NCBI GenBank assembly: GCA_035338675.1
Contig: DAOQGS010000002.1
Span: 1 to 24,387, forward strand
Direction of reading: 5' to 3'
DNA: 24,387 nucleotides
Source: Cellvibrionaceae bacterium
Lineage (GTDB): Bacteria; Pseudomonadota; Gammaproteobacteria; Pseudomonadales; Cellvibrionaceae
Notes under the pieces: generated by a model
The model's input: only the letters and a program-made list of their open reading frames with translations
Told to the model about the DNA's origin: nothing
Databases searched by the model: none
Translations under genes and position numbers: made by a program
Part shown: positions 6,796-16,286 of the stretch, in pieces
How the letters are laid out: every line of letters starts with the position of its first letter
How positions within the stretch are numbered: position 1 is the first letter of the stretch

Positions 6796-8895
6796 ATGTC
6801 CGAAATGCCCGATTTATCCCAGGAACCGGCCGGTCTAGAGTCCGAAGGGCACAATTTTGATGCGCCGCGTTATTATTTAAACCGCGAATTAAGCCATCTG
6901 TATTTTAATCAGCGGGTGCTGGCCCAAGCGTTGGATGAGAGCCACCCGTTGTTAGAGCGCCTCAATTTTTTATTAATATTTAGCTCCAATCTGGATGAGT
7001 TTTTTGAAATTCGCGTTGCAGGCCTAATTCAAAGTATTAAATATCAGCGGGAAATGTCCGGCCTTGACGGCATGCAGGCCAAAGAAAGCCTAAAACTCAT
7101 CAGCGAAATTTGCCACCGCATCGTCGATCACCAGTATCAAATTCTCAACGATGTATTAGTGCCGGAACTGCAAAAACAGGGCATTCGGTTTATCCGCCGC
7201 AACCAGTGGAGCGCCGAACACAGCGCCTGGGTGGAAGAATATTTTCAAAAAGAATTAGTGCCGGTGCTAAGCCCCATCGGCTTGGATTCAGCCCACCCCT
7301 TCCCCCGTTTGGTGAATAAAAGCCTTAATTTTATTGTTTCCCTTGCGGGCAAAGACGCCTTCGGGCGGGATTTGGGCCTGGCCATTGTGCCTGCACCGCG
7401 CTCCCTGCCGCGTTTTATTCCCCTGCCGCCACACTTAAATAGCGGCAATGATTTTGTTTTTTTATCCTCTATTATTCACGCCCACACCGGCAAATTATTC
7501 CCCGGCATGACGGTAAAAGGCTGTTATCAATTTCGTATCACCCGCAATGCGGATTTGGATGTGGATATTGAAGGCGCCGCCGATTTAGCCCGCGCCCTGC
7601 GCGGTGAGTTACATTCCCGCCGATTTGGTACGGCCGTGCGCATCGAAGTGGCCGATAACTGCCCGAAAGAAATTACCGATTATTTATTGCGGGAAACCGG
7701 CCTTACGGATGACGATTTATATCGCGTCAACGGCCCGGTAAATTTAAAACGCCTCATGCGTTTGCCTATGATGGTGAATCGCCCAGATCTGCGTTTTCCA
7801 CCGCTTATTCCCAGCATCCCCAAAGGGTTTCACCGCAAGGACAATATTTTTGAGGCTATCAGCAAAAAAGATTATTTATTGCTGCATCCTTTTGAATCCT
7901 TCGCACCGGTGGTGCAATTTTTACGGCAAGCGGCTAAAGACCCACAGGTGGTGGCGATCAAACAAACTCTGTACCGCACCGGCAACGATTCGGCCATAGT
8001 GGACGCCCTAGTGGATGCCGCCCGCAGCGGCACGGAAGTCACCGTGGTGGTGGAACTGCGGGCGCGTTTTGATGAAGAGGAAAATTTAGAACTAGCCAGC
8101 CGCCTGCAAGAGGCGGGCGCCGTGGTAGTGTATGGTGTGGTGGGTTATAAAACCCACGCCAAAATGATTTTGGTGGTGCGCAGGGAGCACAATCAGTACA
8201 AGCGCTACTGCCATTTAGGCACAGGTAATTACCACGCGGTTAATGCCCATTTATATACGGATTATTCGCTGTTAACCGCCGATGATATGATCGGTGAAGA
8301 TGTGCACCGCATTTTTCACCAGCTCACCGGCATGGGCAAAACCGAGCGCATGCAAAAGTTATTTCACGCGCCCTTCACCCTGAAGCGGCAGTTGGTTAAA
8401 TTCATCGACAACGAGATAAAAGCCGCCCAAGAGGGCAAGCCTGCGCGTATTATTTTTAAATGCAACGGTCTTACTGAACCGAAAATTATTCACAGCCTGT
8501 ACAAAGCCAGCCAAGCGGGCGTAAAAATAGACCTGATTGTGCGCGGTATGTGTTGTTTAAAATCCGGCATTGAAGGCATCTCGGATAATATCCACGTGTA
8601 TTCCATTGTCGGCCGCTTTTTAGAACACGCCCGCGTGTATTATTTTGCCAACAGCGGCGTATATTGTGCCAGCGCGGACTTAATGGAGCGCAATTTAAAT
8701 CGCCGGGTGGAGGTGTGTTTCCCCATCGAAGATCAAGCCCTGAGCGCCCGAGTGTTAGCTGAGCTTGCGCTGTATTTAAACGACGGCAAACAGCGTTGGG
8801 TGCAATTGGAGTCCGGCCAGTATCAGCGGGTGGAACAGGACGGCCCTGCCGCCCAAATGGAATTAATGCGACTGCTAACCAGCCCTTCAACCTAA
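6796..8895 (+). CDS. ppk: Polyphosphate kinase 1
   Basis: [86 protein letters not shown] motifs; RBS AGAGGT. Confidence 0.97.
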   Translation: MSEMPDLSQEPAGLESEGHNFDAPRYYLNRELSHLYFNQRVLAQALDESHPLLERLNFLLIFSSNLDEFFEIRVAGLIQSIKYQREMSGLDGMQAKESLKLISEICHRIVDHQYQILNDVLVPELQKQGIRFIRRNQWSAEHSAWVEEYFQKELVPVLSPIGLDSAHPFPRLVNKSLNFIVSLAGKDAFGRDLGLAIVPAPRSLPRFIPLPPHLNSGNDFVFLSSIIHAHTGKLFPGMTVKGCYQFRITRNADLDVDIEGAADLARALRGELHSRRFGTAVRIEVADNCPKEITDYLLRETGLTDDDLYRVNGPVNLKRLMRLPMMVNRPDLRFPPLIPSIPKGFHRKDNIFEAISKKDYLLLHPFESFAPVVQFLRQAAKDPQVVAIKQTLYRTGNDSAIVDALVDAARSGTEVTVVVELRARFDEEENLELASRLQEAGAVVVYGVVGYKTHAKMILVVRREHNQYKRYCHLGTGNYHAVNAHLYTDYSLLTADDMIGEDVHRIFHQLTGMGKTERMQKLFHAPFTLKRQLVKFIDNEIKAAQEGKPARIIFKCNGLTEPKIIHSLYKASQAGVKIDLIVRGMCCLKSGIEGISDNIHVYSIVGRFLEHARVYYFANSGVYCASADLMERNLNRRVEVCFPIEDQALSARVLAELALYLNDGKQRWVQLESGQYQRVEQDGPAAQMELMRLLTSPST

Positions 8896-9070
8896 AAACC
8901 GCAGTTGAACTCTACTACGGTTTTTAGGTTCAAATTAACACTCAACTAGGGCGCGTAAAGCGCCCTTTTTTGTGCCGCTTGTTTGTGACACCTCAAACGA
9001 CAACCCCAAGGGTGAAAACAAATAGCAGAGTATTTGTGCAAAGCCGGGGTATTTAACCTAAAAACCGCAG
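8886..9070. repeat. Three copies of 19-bp motif TT(C/G/T)AACCTAAAAACCG(C/T)AG
   Basis: 8886-8904 (+), 8915-8933 (-), 9052-9070 (+). The first two form an inverted repeat with a perfect 13-bp core (8889-8901/8918-8930). Confidence 0.75.
8948..8971 (+). terminator. Rho-independent terminator after ppk
   Basis: AGGGCGC-GTAAA-GCGCCCT followed by TTTTT. Confidence 0.8.
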
Positions 9071-9335
9071 GGCTTAATCCCGCAACATCTTATGTACGCC
9101 GAACAATTTCGGTTTCCCCATCCAGGGCAAAGCGTGCACGGATCGCACTTTGCGAATAATACCCCTCTGAACATGTAAACCTCCCTTAGATTTACGCCAT
9201 ATTCAGAATTAGCGGCCTAGGATCGTCACTGGGGCCACAGCCAACCCTGAGCATTGGTTTTGTTCAGTAGATATTTAATCGATTGCTTCTTGTGCATGCT
9301 TAGGCGCCAACCACCATAAATCACAGGATTTGCTT

Positions 9336-9644
9336 ATGAAACGAGTATTAATGACGGGTGTAATTTTATTGGCCGCCAACAGCTATGCCGACACCCTGCG
9401 CTGCGGCGCTAAATTAATTTCTACTGGCGACTCAAAAGGCAGCGTTGAGAATATTTGCGGCGCACCTGCCGGTACAGATTCCTACTGTAAGCCCACTAAA
9501 TCAACCAACTCTACAAGTTCTAAAGAGCAAGACTGCGTGCGCGTGGATATTTGGCGCTATAACCGGGGCGCCGGGCAGTTGGGTGCAGAGGTGGAATTTC
9601 AAATGGGTGAGGTTACTGCCATTCGCAATACCGAGCGAGAATAA
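9336..9644 (+). CDS. DUF2845-family secreted protein
   Basis: Signal peptide ending SYA-DT; LRCG.KLISTGDSK..V..ICGAP and WRYNRG...F..GEV..I pattern; AGGA upstream of ATG 9336. Confidence 0.8.
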   Translation: MKRVLMTGVILLAANSYADTLRCGAKLISTGDSKGSVENICGAPAGTDSYCKPTKSTNSTSSKEQDCVRVDIWRYNRGAGQLGAEVEFQMGEVTAIRNTERE

Positions 9645-9748
9645 TACAATTGCGCCACAGGCTTGTACGGAGGTGAGGATTTAATCTTGGGACTTGGCGG
9701 AGCTTGCCCAGCTGCTTATCGATAATCCAGCAGCGAAAAGGCAGCGCC

Positions 9749-10654
9749 TTAAAAATTGCAAAAGTCCGAACTGCCAAGCCCCATCTCACCAATCAGGGCG
9801 GTAATATTTTCAAAGTCGTATTCGGTCAGGCCCACGTAAATTAAAATGGTCTGGCCGATGCGCGCCCACTCATAATCTTTATCTTGTTTGCCGACGGTTT
9901 TGTAGCTGGCACAAATGTGTTCAGCCATTTTTAAAATCGCCAGCAGGGTTTTTTTGCGACCGTCGGCCCGTTCATCGGCAAAGGTTTTTTCCGCCTGGTG
10001 GTGTTCGTGGATGGCCTCACATAAATAGCGCGGTAAATTCCAGCTTTTTCCCACGTAATAACCCACCACCGCATGGTTGGTGCGAATTAAATGGTTTTCT
10101 GTGGTGGTAATGGCCTGCTCTGGGTTGGCGTAGGCTTCAATTTGCACCTCTAAATAATTTTTAAAGCGCACCATTAACAGCGGTATACCGCAGTTGTGAA
10201 ATAACCCTAGGGTGTAGGCTTCATCCGGGTAGGGAAAACCTATGTGTTTGGCGATGGCGGCGGAGGTCATGGCTACATCCATGGCGCTGTCCCAAAAGCG
10301 GCCGAGGGCAATAATATCGTCGTCGGACAGGGCGCCGCGAATGGACTGGGCATTCACCAGGTTAACCACCGAATTAACCCCCAATAAATTCACCGCCTGA
10401 TGAATGGAGGTAATTTTATTGCTGTGTTTAAAAAAAGGTGAATTAACGGTTTTTAAAATACTGCCGGATAAACCCACATCCTGGCTGATGAGGTGTGCGA
10501 TGGTGTCGATGCTGCAATTGGGGGAGCACTGCTCCATTTGTAAATCCACCATTACCTGCGGCTGTGGCGGAATATTGATGCCCTGCAGTATCCGCGAAAT
10601 CTGCTCCGGGGTTAACTCAGCGTTCATGGCGAAGGGGTTCACGAAGGGGGTCAA
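9749..10654 (-). CDS. Stand-alone HDOD-domain protein
   Basis: IPPQP, ISQDVGLSGSILKTVNSPFF, ITSIHQAVNLLG, FWDSA, GLFHNCGIPLL, HAVVGYYVGKSWNLP..LCEAIHEHH. Start may be ATG 10627. Confidence 0.88.
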   Translation of the reverse strand: MTPFVNPFAMNAELTPEQISRILQGINIPPQPQVMVDLQMEQCSPNCSIDTIAHLISQDVGLSGSILKTVNSPFFKHSNKITSIHQAVNLLGVNSVVNLVNAQSIRGALSDDDIIALGRFWDSAMDVAMTSAAIAKHIGFPYPDEAYTLGLFHNCGIPLLMVRFKNYLEVQIEAYANPEQAITTTENHLIRTNHAVVGYYVGKSWNLPRYLCEAIHEHHQAEKTFADERADGRKKTLLAILKMAEHICASYKTVGKQDKDYEWARIGQTILIYVGLTEYDFENITALIGEMGLGSSDFCNF

Positions 10655-10748
10655 AAGGTACCTAGTTTGAGTGTAGCAGCCTTCTCCGTATTTGCCCCCT
10701 CCCTGGGTGATGCGGCTATACTCGCCGGTTTCTTGTTAAGGCGCTCCC

Positions 10749-11930
10749 ATGAACGATATTTTTTTAAATGCCCAGGCCGACCGCCGCATTAAACGGGGCC
10801 ATTTGTGGCTCTATTCCAACGAAATCGACGTGCACCGCTCCCCCCTTAAAGGCTTAACCGCCGGTCAAATCGTCAATGTATTTACCCATTCGGGCGCCCC
10901 CTTAGGCACCGCTTATGTCAACCCGCAAGCGCTGATTTGCGGCCGCCTGTTAAGCCGCCAAGTGGATGCCAAAATCGATCGCGCCTTTTTTGTCAAAGCC
11001 ATCGAGCGGGCGCTGCGCCTGCGCAGCCGCTGTTTTGCCCAACCCTATTACCGCTTGGTGTACGGCGATGCGGATTTTTTACCCGGCCTGGTAGTGGATC
11101 GCTACGGCGATTATTGCGTGGTGCAAATGGCTTCGGCTGGCATAGACCAGATGGCCGAGCCGATTCTGACCGCCCTAGAGCAGGTGTTAAAACCCAAGGG
11201 CATAGTGGTGCGCAATGATCATTCGGCGCGGGAATTGGAGGACTTGCCTGAGCAGTGCTCCACCCGTGGCGAGGTGCCGGAGATTTTGCGTTTAGAAGAA
11301 AATGGCGTGCCCTTTGAAATTCCCGCCCTCACTGGGCAAAAAACCGGTTGGTTTTACGACCACCGCATCAACCGGCAATTTTTGGCGCCTCTCTGCCAGG
11401 GCAAACGGGTGTTGGATGTATTTTGTTATTTAGGCAGTTGGGGCATTCAAGCGGCAGTGGCGGGCGCGGCCCAGGTGGCCCTGGTGGACGCCTCGGCCAG
11501 TGCACTGGAAGGCGCCCGCCGCAACGCCGAGCTCAATGGCGTGGCCCATAAAGTTACCTGCCACAAGGGCAAAGCCATCGAGGTGTTAAAAAACCTGCTG
11601 GCGGAAGGGGAAAAATTTGATGTGGTGGTGTTAGATCCGCCAGCATTTATTAAAAAACGCAAAGATCAAAAAGCCGGTGAAGCGGCCTACCGGCATATTA
11701 ATGAACTCGCCATTCGCCTGTTGGAAAAAGAAGGCCTATTAGTATCTGCCTCCTGCTCCATGCCGCTGGAAAATGCTGTGTTAACCGATTTAGTGCGCGG
11801 TGCCGCCAGGGCCAATGATCGCAACGCACAATTAATTTGGACGGGAGGACAGGGGCCGGATCATCCTATTCACCCGGCGATTATTGAAACGGCCTATTTA
11901 AAGGCGCAGTTTTTTGCCATTTCGAGTTAA
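10749..11930 (+). CDS. rlmI: RlmI-like class I SAM-dependent rRNA methyltransferase
   Basis: N-terminal PUA-like region (GHLWLYSNEI), YRLVYGDAD.LPGLVVDRY, GQKTGWFYDHR, VLDVFCY.G, FDVVVLDPPAF, SASCS. Confidence 0.85.
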   Translation: MNDIFLNAQADRRIKRGHLWLYSNEIDVHRSPLKGLTAGQIVNVFTHSGAPLGTAYVNPQALICGRLLSRQVDAKIDRAFFVKAIERALRLRSRCFAQPYYRLVYGDADFLPGLVVDRYGDYCVVQMASAGIDQMAEPILTALEQVLKPKGIVVRNDHSARELEDLPEQCSTRGEVPEILRLEENGVPFEIPALTGQKTGWFYDHRINRQFLAPLCQGKRVLDVFCYLGSWGIQAAVAGAAQVALVDASASALEGARRNAELNGVAHKVTCHKGKAIEVLKNLLAEGEKFDVVVLDPPAFIKKRKDQKAGEAAYRHINELAIRLLEKEGLLVSASCSMPLENAVLTDLVRGAARANDRNAQLIWTGGQGPDHPIHPAIIETAYLKAQFFAISS

Positions 11931-11936
11931 GGGCAC

Positions 11937-13607
11937 CTAAAACACCCGCACGCAATTGCGCCCATTATGTTTGGCGGCATATAAAGCGCGATCGGCGTGA
12001 GCTAATAACTGCTCCGCGCTTTCACCTGGTTGATAAAGGGCCATGCCGATGGAGCAGGTTTGGTTAAAAATGGCCTTTTCCACGGAAATACTGCTGGTTT
12101 CACACACGCTGCGAATGCGCTCGGCAATTTCTTCGGCCTGTGGCGCGGTAATGTCTATTAATAACACGGCAAATTCTTCACCGCCAATGCGGCCTAAAAT
12201 ATCGTAGGGCCGGATAGTATTTTTGCAAATACTGGCGAGGGCGCAAATGGCCTGGTCCCCAGCGGGGTGGCCGTGGGTGTCGTTGATGGTTTTAAAAAAA
12301 TCTATATCAATGGCCAATAGGGCCAGGGTGGTCTCTAGTTGAGTTTGCGAAGGTTCCGCGCGCCCGTGGCGGTCAATTTCTTCTTTTAAACGCCGAGTGA
12401 AAAAACGCCGATTGGCAATGCCGGTTAACACATCGGTGACTGAGAGAAAATACAATTCTTGGGAGGCCAGGGCCAGTGATTGATTGGCCGCCGAGAGGGC
12501 ATTTAAATGGGCCAGGCGGTGTTGGGTGTAATTAATATTGCGCTCAATTAATAGAATCACCAATAAACCCAACACAATAATAATGCCGCCAGTGGCCCAA
12601 TATTTTTGTTGGGCGAGAAAAAGCGGTTCGATGGGGTTGAAGACATAAACTAAAAAATCTCCCGCTGCCAGCGCTGAGCCGAATAATAAATAGCGTTTGC
12701 CGTCGAGCGCCACCAGTTTTAACTCCGGCCGAGGAGAGGCGATAAATTTTAGCGGCAAGATGCGCAAATTATCGCGCTGGAAAATCCGCTGTATATCGCT
12801 TTTACTCGGCAGCGCCTGGCCGTCAGCGGCAATTTGTTGAAATAACATGTCCTCGCGATTGCTGCTGAGTACTATGCCGTTTTTATCGGTGACGGCGACG
12901 CGCAAATTCTGTTGGGCGAGAAAGCGTACAATGTGCCCCACCTTTTGGCGCACCACAATTACGCCCGCAAAATCCTCCGCCTCTTTAATGGCGGTGGAAA
13001 AGAAAAATGACGGCGTAGGATACACGCGGCCGATGGCGAATTGGCGGCCGCTGCCCTGGGCTTTGGCGGCTTGAAAATAATCGCGGGTAAGATAATTAAC
13101 GCCAATACAGCCGTCTGCTTGATCAGCGCGACTGGAGCCAATGCAGTAGCCGGTTTTATTCAGGGCAAATAATTGCTCCATTTCAATGTGTTGTGCCAAC
13201 TGGGCAAATAAACTGTTTACCGCTGCGGCGCCGGGTAAATTCAGGGTAAATTGCGCCCGCGCCGCTTGATCGAGCGTGTTAAATTGGGCTGTGTGTTGGT
13301 TGGCGGTTTTTGCAAGGTCAATAATCGAGCGATCAAAGGAGAGGGTTTTGGATAGTTGTTCAGCCTGGTGCATGGTTTGCTCCAGGGTATTTAAGATGTG
13401 GCCGGTCTCTTTAATTAAGGATTTTTCTTCATTGGCTAGATCTGCGGCGAGGTTTTGCTCGGCCAAGTAGCGGGTGGTTAAGGCGGCGCCCAGCAGCCAA
13501 ACCAGGGCGCACAACAGGGCGCAGGCTTGTAGGCGGCGAAAGGCATTGAGTTTCGGCGCTTGAATGCCTGCGCTGGTGTCCGGGGCCGTTTGATACTCCT
13601 TGTCCAT
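11937..13607 (-). CDS. Membrane diguanylate cyclase with DctB-like dCache sensor
   Basis: RBS AGAGGA before ATG 13607; two TM segments flanking a Cache-like region; DVLTGIANRR, DIDFFKTINDTHGHPAGD, RPYD I-site, GGEEF, ADRALYAAK..GRN. Confidence 0.9.
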   Translation of the reverse strand: MDKEYQTAPDTSAGIQAPKLNAFRRLQACALLCALVWLLGAALTTRYLAEQNLAADLANEEKSLIKETGHILNTLEQTMHQAEQLSKTLSFDRSIIDLAKTANQHTAQFNTLDQAARAQFTLNLPGAAAVNSLFAQLAQHIEMEQLFALNKTGYCIGSSRADQADGCIGVNYLTRDYFQAAKAQGSGRQFAIGRVYPTPSFFFSTAIKEAEDFAGVIVVRQKVGHIVRFLAQQNLRVAVTDKNGIVLSSNREDMLFQQIAADGQALPSKSDIQRIFQRDNLRILPLKFIASPRPELKLVALDGKRYLLFGSALAAGDFLVYVFNPIEPLFLAQQKYWATGGIIIVLGLLVILLIERNINYTQHRLAHLNALSAANQSLALASQELYFLSVTDVLTGIANRRFFTRRLKEEIDRHGRAEPSQTQLETTLALLAIDIDFFKTINDTHGHPAGDQAICALASICKNTIRPYDILGRIGGEEFAVLLIDITAPQAEEIAERIRSVCETSSISVEKAIFNQTCSIGMALYQPGESAEQLLAHADRALYAAKHNGRNCVRVF

Positions 13608-13736
13608 TGCATAATCCTCTTGGGCTCGCAGGGAGGTAGTTTTGGCACATGCTGTAGCTGGCCGCAATAGGTGCTTTGTGTTCCCGTCGCCAACTTTATC
13701 GCCACCAGAGCTGGCTAGGCAGTATTCAACAAGCCG

Positions 13737-14030
13737 CTAGCCGTCTTTTTCGATGGCCAATATAGCCGGTATTAAACGCGGCGCCTTAATGTGCAGAGTT
13801 TTTTGGCGGGCCTGCTCACCGCTTAACAGCTGTACCTGGCTTTTGGCGACTTTAAATTGTTTGGCGATAAATTCAATTAATTGGCTGTTAGCCTGCCCCT
13901 CCACCGGTGGCGCGGTGAGGCGAATTTTTATGCGCCCCTCCACCCGCCCCACCCATTGATTAGCGGAGGCCTTCGGTTGCAGCAGCACCTGTAAAATTAA
14001 ATCCTCCCCCTGCCAGCGGTAAAACGTCAC
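13737..14030 (-). CDS. yggU: YggU (DUF167) family protein
   Basis: LQPKAS, IRLTAPPVEGQAN..LIEFIAKQFKV.KSQV.L.SGEQARQK; directly after yggT. Confidence 0.92.
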   Translation of the reverse strand: MTFYRWQGEDLILQVLLQPKASANQWVGRVEGRIKIRLTAPPVEGQANSQLIEFIAKQFKVAKSQVQLLSGEQARQKTLHIKAPRLIPAILAIEKDG

Positions 14031-14034
14031 GGCA

Positions 14035-14622
14035 TTAAAACCCTAACAACATACCCAAGGGCACACCGGAGCTGGCCGCGACTCCCTGCAGGGCCATGCG
14101 CACCACCATAATGACCAGGCCTGCAAATAACATGGAAAAATCAAAGCCGCCGGCTGGGGGAATTATTTTGCGAAAAGGTGCCAATACCGGCTCGACAATT
14201 TGATAACACAACACCAGGGCAGGGTTGCTGCTGTAGGGCGCTATAAAACTGGCAATCATCACCACAAAAAACAAAATTAAATAAATGTGGCTGACAAATA
14301 AAACCGTGCCGATCAGCGCCCAATAAAGCACGGCAAAGGGCATATACAACACGCCGTGTTGCACCAGGATCATCAGCTCCACCATCAGGGTGTGGAATAA
14401 CAGCGCCAGCACCACCGAGGCCATATCAATGCCCCACAGGCCGGGAATAATTTTGCGCAGGGGCAGCAGCAGGGGGTTGGTGAGTTTAACCACCAACTGG
14501 GAGAGCGGATTGTAAAAATCCGCCCGCGCCAATTGCATTAAAAACCGCAGGCAGATGGCTAATAAATACAAACTGCCGAGGGTGTTGAGTAAAAACTGGA
14601 TAATCGAAATAACTGTACTCAT
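14035..14622 (-). CDS. yggT: YggT family membrane protein
   Basis: ADFYNPLSQLVVKLTNPLL.PLRKIIP and EPVLAPFRKIIPP.GGFDFS repeats; follows proC. Confidence 0.92.
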   Translation of the reverse strand: MSTVISIIQFLLNTLGSLYLLAICLRFLMQLARADFYNPLSQLVVKLTNPLLLPLRKIIPGLWGIDMASVVLALLFHTLMVELMILVQHGVLYMPFAVLYWALIGTVLFVSHIYLILFFVVMIASFIAPYSSNPALVLCYQIVEPVLAPFRKIIPPAGGFDFSMLFAGLVIMVVRMALQGVAASSGVPLGMLLGF

Positions 14623-14666
14623 GGGGATCTCTTATTTTCCATCACGTTTATGGGGGGTGGGCGGCG

Positions 14667-15491
14667 TTACAGGCTAGGCGCGCCACCCAATTCATCGGCC
14701 AGGCTGTGGGCGCGGGCTTGGCAGGCGTCCATGGCGGTTTTTACCAGATCTTTTAGGCCGCCGGTTTCAAATTGGTGAATGGCCTGTTCGGTGGTGCCCT
14801 TCGGGGAGGTCACCCGGCGGCGCAGTTCAGCGGGCGCCACGCCGGTCTGAGAGGCGAGGCTTGCCGCCCCCAGGGCCGTTTGAATACACAGGGCCTGGGC
14901 GCTCGCAGGGCTTAGGCCTTGAGCCTCGGCCGCTGCAATCATGGCCTCCATGAATAAGAAAAAATAGGCCGGGCCAGAGCCTGATAGCGCCGTGACGCTG
15001 TCGATCAGGCGCTCCTCCTCCACCCACTGCACAAGCCCCGTGGCGGCCAGCAGCGTTTCCCCCCTCTGGCGCTGGTCAGCGCTTAGGGCGCTGGCGTACA
15101 CGCCGGTAGCCCCCAGGCCAATTTGCGCCGGAGTGTTGGGCATGGCGCGGGCGATGGCCCTATGGCCGCCCAGCCATTGGCTGAGGCTGGCCAGACGAAT
15201 CCCGGCAGCAACCGAAATCACCAGGCTGGTGGGTTTAAGGTGGCGAGCGATCTCCTTACAAACCGCCGCCATGATCTGCGGTTTTACACACAGCACGACT
15301 GTATCGGCCTGTTCCACCGCCGCCCGGTTATCGGTGCTGGTAACTACGCCTAACTCCCTAGCAATACCGCTTAAGTGCTCAGGCCTAGGGCCGGTCAGCA
15401 GCAGCTGTTGCGATGGGGTGCCGGTATTAATTAAGCCTTGGGCGATGGCGCGGGCCATATTGCCTGCGCCGATAAAACTAATCGAAGCCAC
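14667..15491 (-). CDS. proC: Pyrroline-5-carboxylate reductase
   Basis: FIGAGNMA, LCVKPQ, ISVAAG, RAMPNTP, TALSGSGPAY, VTSPKGTT; RBS GAGGA before GTG. Confidence 0.96.
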   Translation of the reverse strand: MASISFIGAGNMARAIAQGLINTGTPSQQLLLTGPRPEHLSGIARELGVVTSTDNRAAVEQADTVVLCVKPQIMAAVCKEIARHLKPTSLVISVAAGIRLASLSQWLGGHRAIARAMPNTPAQIGLGATGVYASALSADQRQRGETLLAATGLVQWVEEERLIDSVTALSGSGPAYFFLFMEAMIAAAEAQGLSPASAQALCIQTALGAASLASQTGVAPAELRRRVTSPKGTTEQAIHQFETGGLKDLVKTAMDACQARAHSLADELGGAPSL

Positions 15492-15511
15492 AGAGGGTTC
15501 CTCATAAGGGG

Positions 15512-16186
15512 TTAATGGCGGGGGCCGAAGATGGCGGTGCCCACACGCACGAGAGTGGAGCCTGCGGCGATGGCCAGATCAAGGTCATCGCTCATGCCCA
15601 TGCTCAGGGTATCCAGCTGCCAGCTGTAGCGCCGGTTGAGTTCGGCTTGCAGGGCGGCGAGGGCGGCAAAGGCGGGGGTGGGGTCGGCTGGGTTGGGAAT
15701 GGCCATCAGCCCGCGCAGGCGAAGATTTGGCAGGCGCTGCACCTGCTCGGCAAGGGCGGCCACTTCATCCAGTGCAACGCCCGCTTTACTCGCCTGTCCA
15801 TCGGCGTTCACTTGGATACACACATGCAATGGCCCGAGGGCGGCAGGCCGGGCGGCGTTGAGGCGCTGGGCGATGCTTGCGCGCGCTAGGCTGTGCACCC
15901 AGGCGAAGTGTTCGGCGATGGGGCGGGTTTTATTGCTTTGAATGGGGCCTAAAAAATGCCATTCGATATTAAGCGATTGCAGCTCGGCGATTTTTTCCAA
16001 GGCTTCCTGCAGGTAATTCTCGCCGAAGGCGCGCTGGCCTGCGGCATGGGCCTCACTAATTGCCGCGGCCGGTTGCGTCTTGCTCACGGCTAAAAGTGTG
16101 ATGTCCTGCGCCTTTCGCCCGCAGCCCTCGGCGGCGGCTTGTATGCGGTTTAATACTTGGGTTAGGTTGTGCGCGATCTTGTGCAT
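15512..16186 (-). CDS. yggS: YggS PLP-homeostasis protein
   Basis: LLAVSKT, FGENYLQE, WHFLGPIQSNK, LRGLMAIP, LSMGMSDD..AIAAGSTLVRVGTAIFG. Start 16186 preferred over 16207. Confidence 0.95.
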   Translation of the reverse strand: MHKIAHNLTQVLNRIQAAAEGCGRKAQDITLLAVSKTQPAAAISEAHAAGQRAFGENYLQEALEKIAELQSLNIEWHFLGPIQSNKTRPIAEHFAWVHSLARASIAQRLNAARPAALGPLHVCIQVNADGQASKAGVALDEVAALAEQVQRLPNLRLRGLMAIPNPADPTPAFAALAALQAELNRRYSWQLDTLSMGMSDDLDLAIAAGSTLVRVGTAIFGPRH

Positions 16187-16286
16187 ATACTTATCGAATT
16201 GATGCAAGCTTTGTTAATTGGCTTGCCGTTACAATCAGCCGCCGGCACCCATTTTTGTAGTTTAGGTTTCCAGTTAAGGTTTCTTT

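Noticed and set aside
8886-9070. CRISPR array from the repeated motifs here or at 6129-6210
   Set aside because: Too few copies, mixed orientation, irregular spacing and no cas genes.
9005-9085. c-di-GMP-I riboswitch (GCAAAGCC...CCTAAA words present)
   Set aside because: No GNRA-capped P2 stem or correct spacing seen; an Rfam scan would be needed to overturn this.
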